Of a stretch of 64,000 bases of DNA, positions 62,614 through 64,000 are shown piece after piece. Under the pieces are notes generated by a model. That model was given only the letters and a program-made list of their open reading frames with translations. It made no database searches and was not told where the DNA came from. The DNA is taken from NCBI RefSeq assembly GCF_030684315.1, contig NC_081382.1, forward strand, positions 10,603,267-10,667,266, given 5' to 3'. The stretch is from Stegostoma tigrinum. Its lineage: Eukaryota. Within the stretch, counting starts at the first letter, position 1; every line of letters begins with the position of its first letter. The translations under genes and the position numbers were made by a program.

Positions 62614-63009
62614 CTTTTAATTTTGGGGGATGTTTTTGATTTTTAAAAGTATTGTTAATAAGCTTTTTGTATTGTTGGGGCGAGGGGTAGCAATTGTTGA
62701 GGGGGAGGACACAAGGAAAGGTAATGTAAATAGATTTTCAGGAGTTCACTGTCAGCATATGTGATAGCAGATCGGGGAAGTTGGGAATTAGCAAGAACCA
62801 GGTAAGAAAATATTTGACAATATGCTGGCTAAACTCTAATTGCATTTGTCTTATGACTTTAGAAACATTGTTGATTGTTTTTGGTTGCTTAAGTTAATTT
62901 TACATAAGTTTGCATGCATTTCTGAATGGCATTGTTAATGGGCTTTGCAAGGATGTCACTTACAACCACTGACCTTTACATCTGAACCAACACACTGCTT
63001 AAGAATAGT

Positions 63010-64000
63010 TTGATTTAATTTATTTATGATGGTCACATGTACCCAAGTACAGTGAAAGCTTTGTCTGCCAGCAGTACAGGCAGATCATAGTAAGCAAATA
63101 CATAAAAAACATTGAGTGCTTAGACGAGAGAGGCAGACAGGTTACACTGCACAGGAGCTCAGCAAAGCAAGATCAACATTAACAAGGTCAAAGACAAACA
63201 GTGGGCTGGAAGAACACAGCAGGTCAGGCAGCATCTGAAGGAAAGGAGCAGTCAATATTTCAGATTCTACCCTTCTTCAGTACTGGATGTGGGGGTAGTG
63301 GGAGCTGCAGAAGAAGGGGGCTGGGGGAGGGGTGGAGATGGAATGGTGGTGACAGGTGGACACTGTTGGGTCAATGGGAGTGATGAATCCAGTTGATGGC
63401 TGGAAGGGAGGGTGAGAAGGTGTAATGAAAAGGAGGAGGTGGGGCTGGAAGGAGAGGCAGAGAATCGTTGGGAAGGTTGCTTGAAATTGGGGAACTCAAT
63501 TTTGAGTCCTCTGGGTTGTAGGGTGCCCATGCAGAAGATAAGGTGTTGTTCTTCAGATTTGTGTTCCGGGTTGCGATATTATTTGGAGTTAGAGATTCCA
63601 TTCAGCATTTTAATCAGGCTGTGGGAAGAAGCTGTTCTTGAACCTTTTGTTGCGTGAGTTCAGGCTTCTGTATCTTCTGCCTGATGGAAGAGGTTTTTCA
63701 GGGCGCATTACCAGGGTGGGAGGGGTCTTTGATGATATTGACAGCCTTTCCGCAGCAATGAGAGGTGTAATTGGAGTCCATGGATGGAAAGTTGGCTTCA
63801 GCGATGGTCTGGGCTGTGCACTCCACCTTCTGCTGTTTCTCATGGACCTGGGCAGAGCAGTTGCCGTACCAGGCTGTTATGTACCCAGACAGTATGTTTT
63901 CAATGGTACATCTGTAAAAGTCAGTGAGGGCCCCTATGGATGTGCCGAATCTCCCAAGCCGCCTGAAGAAAAATAGATGTTGTTATGCCTTCTTGACCAT
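63010..64000 (-). mobile_element. Rex1/Babar-like LINE 3' region, interrupted by a Penelope fragment; continues beyond the window
   Basis: LPSGRRYRSLNSRNKRFKNSFFP in ORF 63610-63843; tail gtcacatgtacccaagtacagtgaaagc. Confidence 0.75.
63188..63590 (-). mobile_element. Penelope-like 3' fragment with hammerhead-like motif
   Basis: GTLQPRGLKIEF in ORF 63267-63530; minus strand ctgaagaagggtagaatctgaaatattgac. Confidence 0.75.

Overview
Eukaryotic, repeat-rich (roughly half or more), apparently intronic or intergenic vertebrate DNA. The repeat content (HE1-type V-SINEs, CR1/HER1-type LINEs, Deu-domain SINEs, Penelope-like elements) points to an elasmobranch (shark/ray) genome; this is an inference. 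I recognise no host protein-coding gene: every ORF with recognisable motifs is a decayed retroelement fragment (CR1 ORF1/ORF2, Penelope RT and GIY-YIG, Rex1/Babar). The most notable structure is a set of at least seven short fold-back insertions built from two inverted Penelope terminal-repeat (pLTR) fragments. Most have 8-15 bp target-site duplications, a ~33-nt tail on one arm only, and often a minimal hammerhead ribozyme motif at the centre; at least three hammerhead-bearing Penelope families are present. Also seen: three exon-like segments with good splice signals on the minus strand (possible spliced non-coding transcript), several nested insertions, two solo-LTR-like copies, and a 135-nt assembly gap. 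Boundaries of old repeats are approximate, and family names come from recognition by eye, not from a database search.
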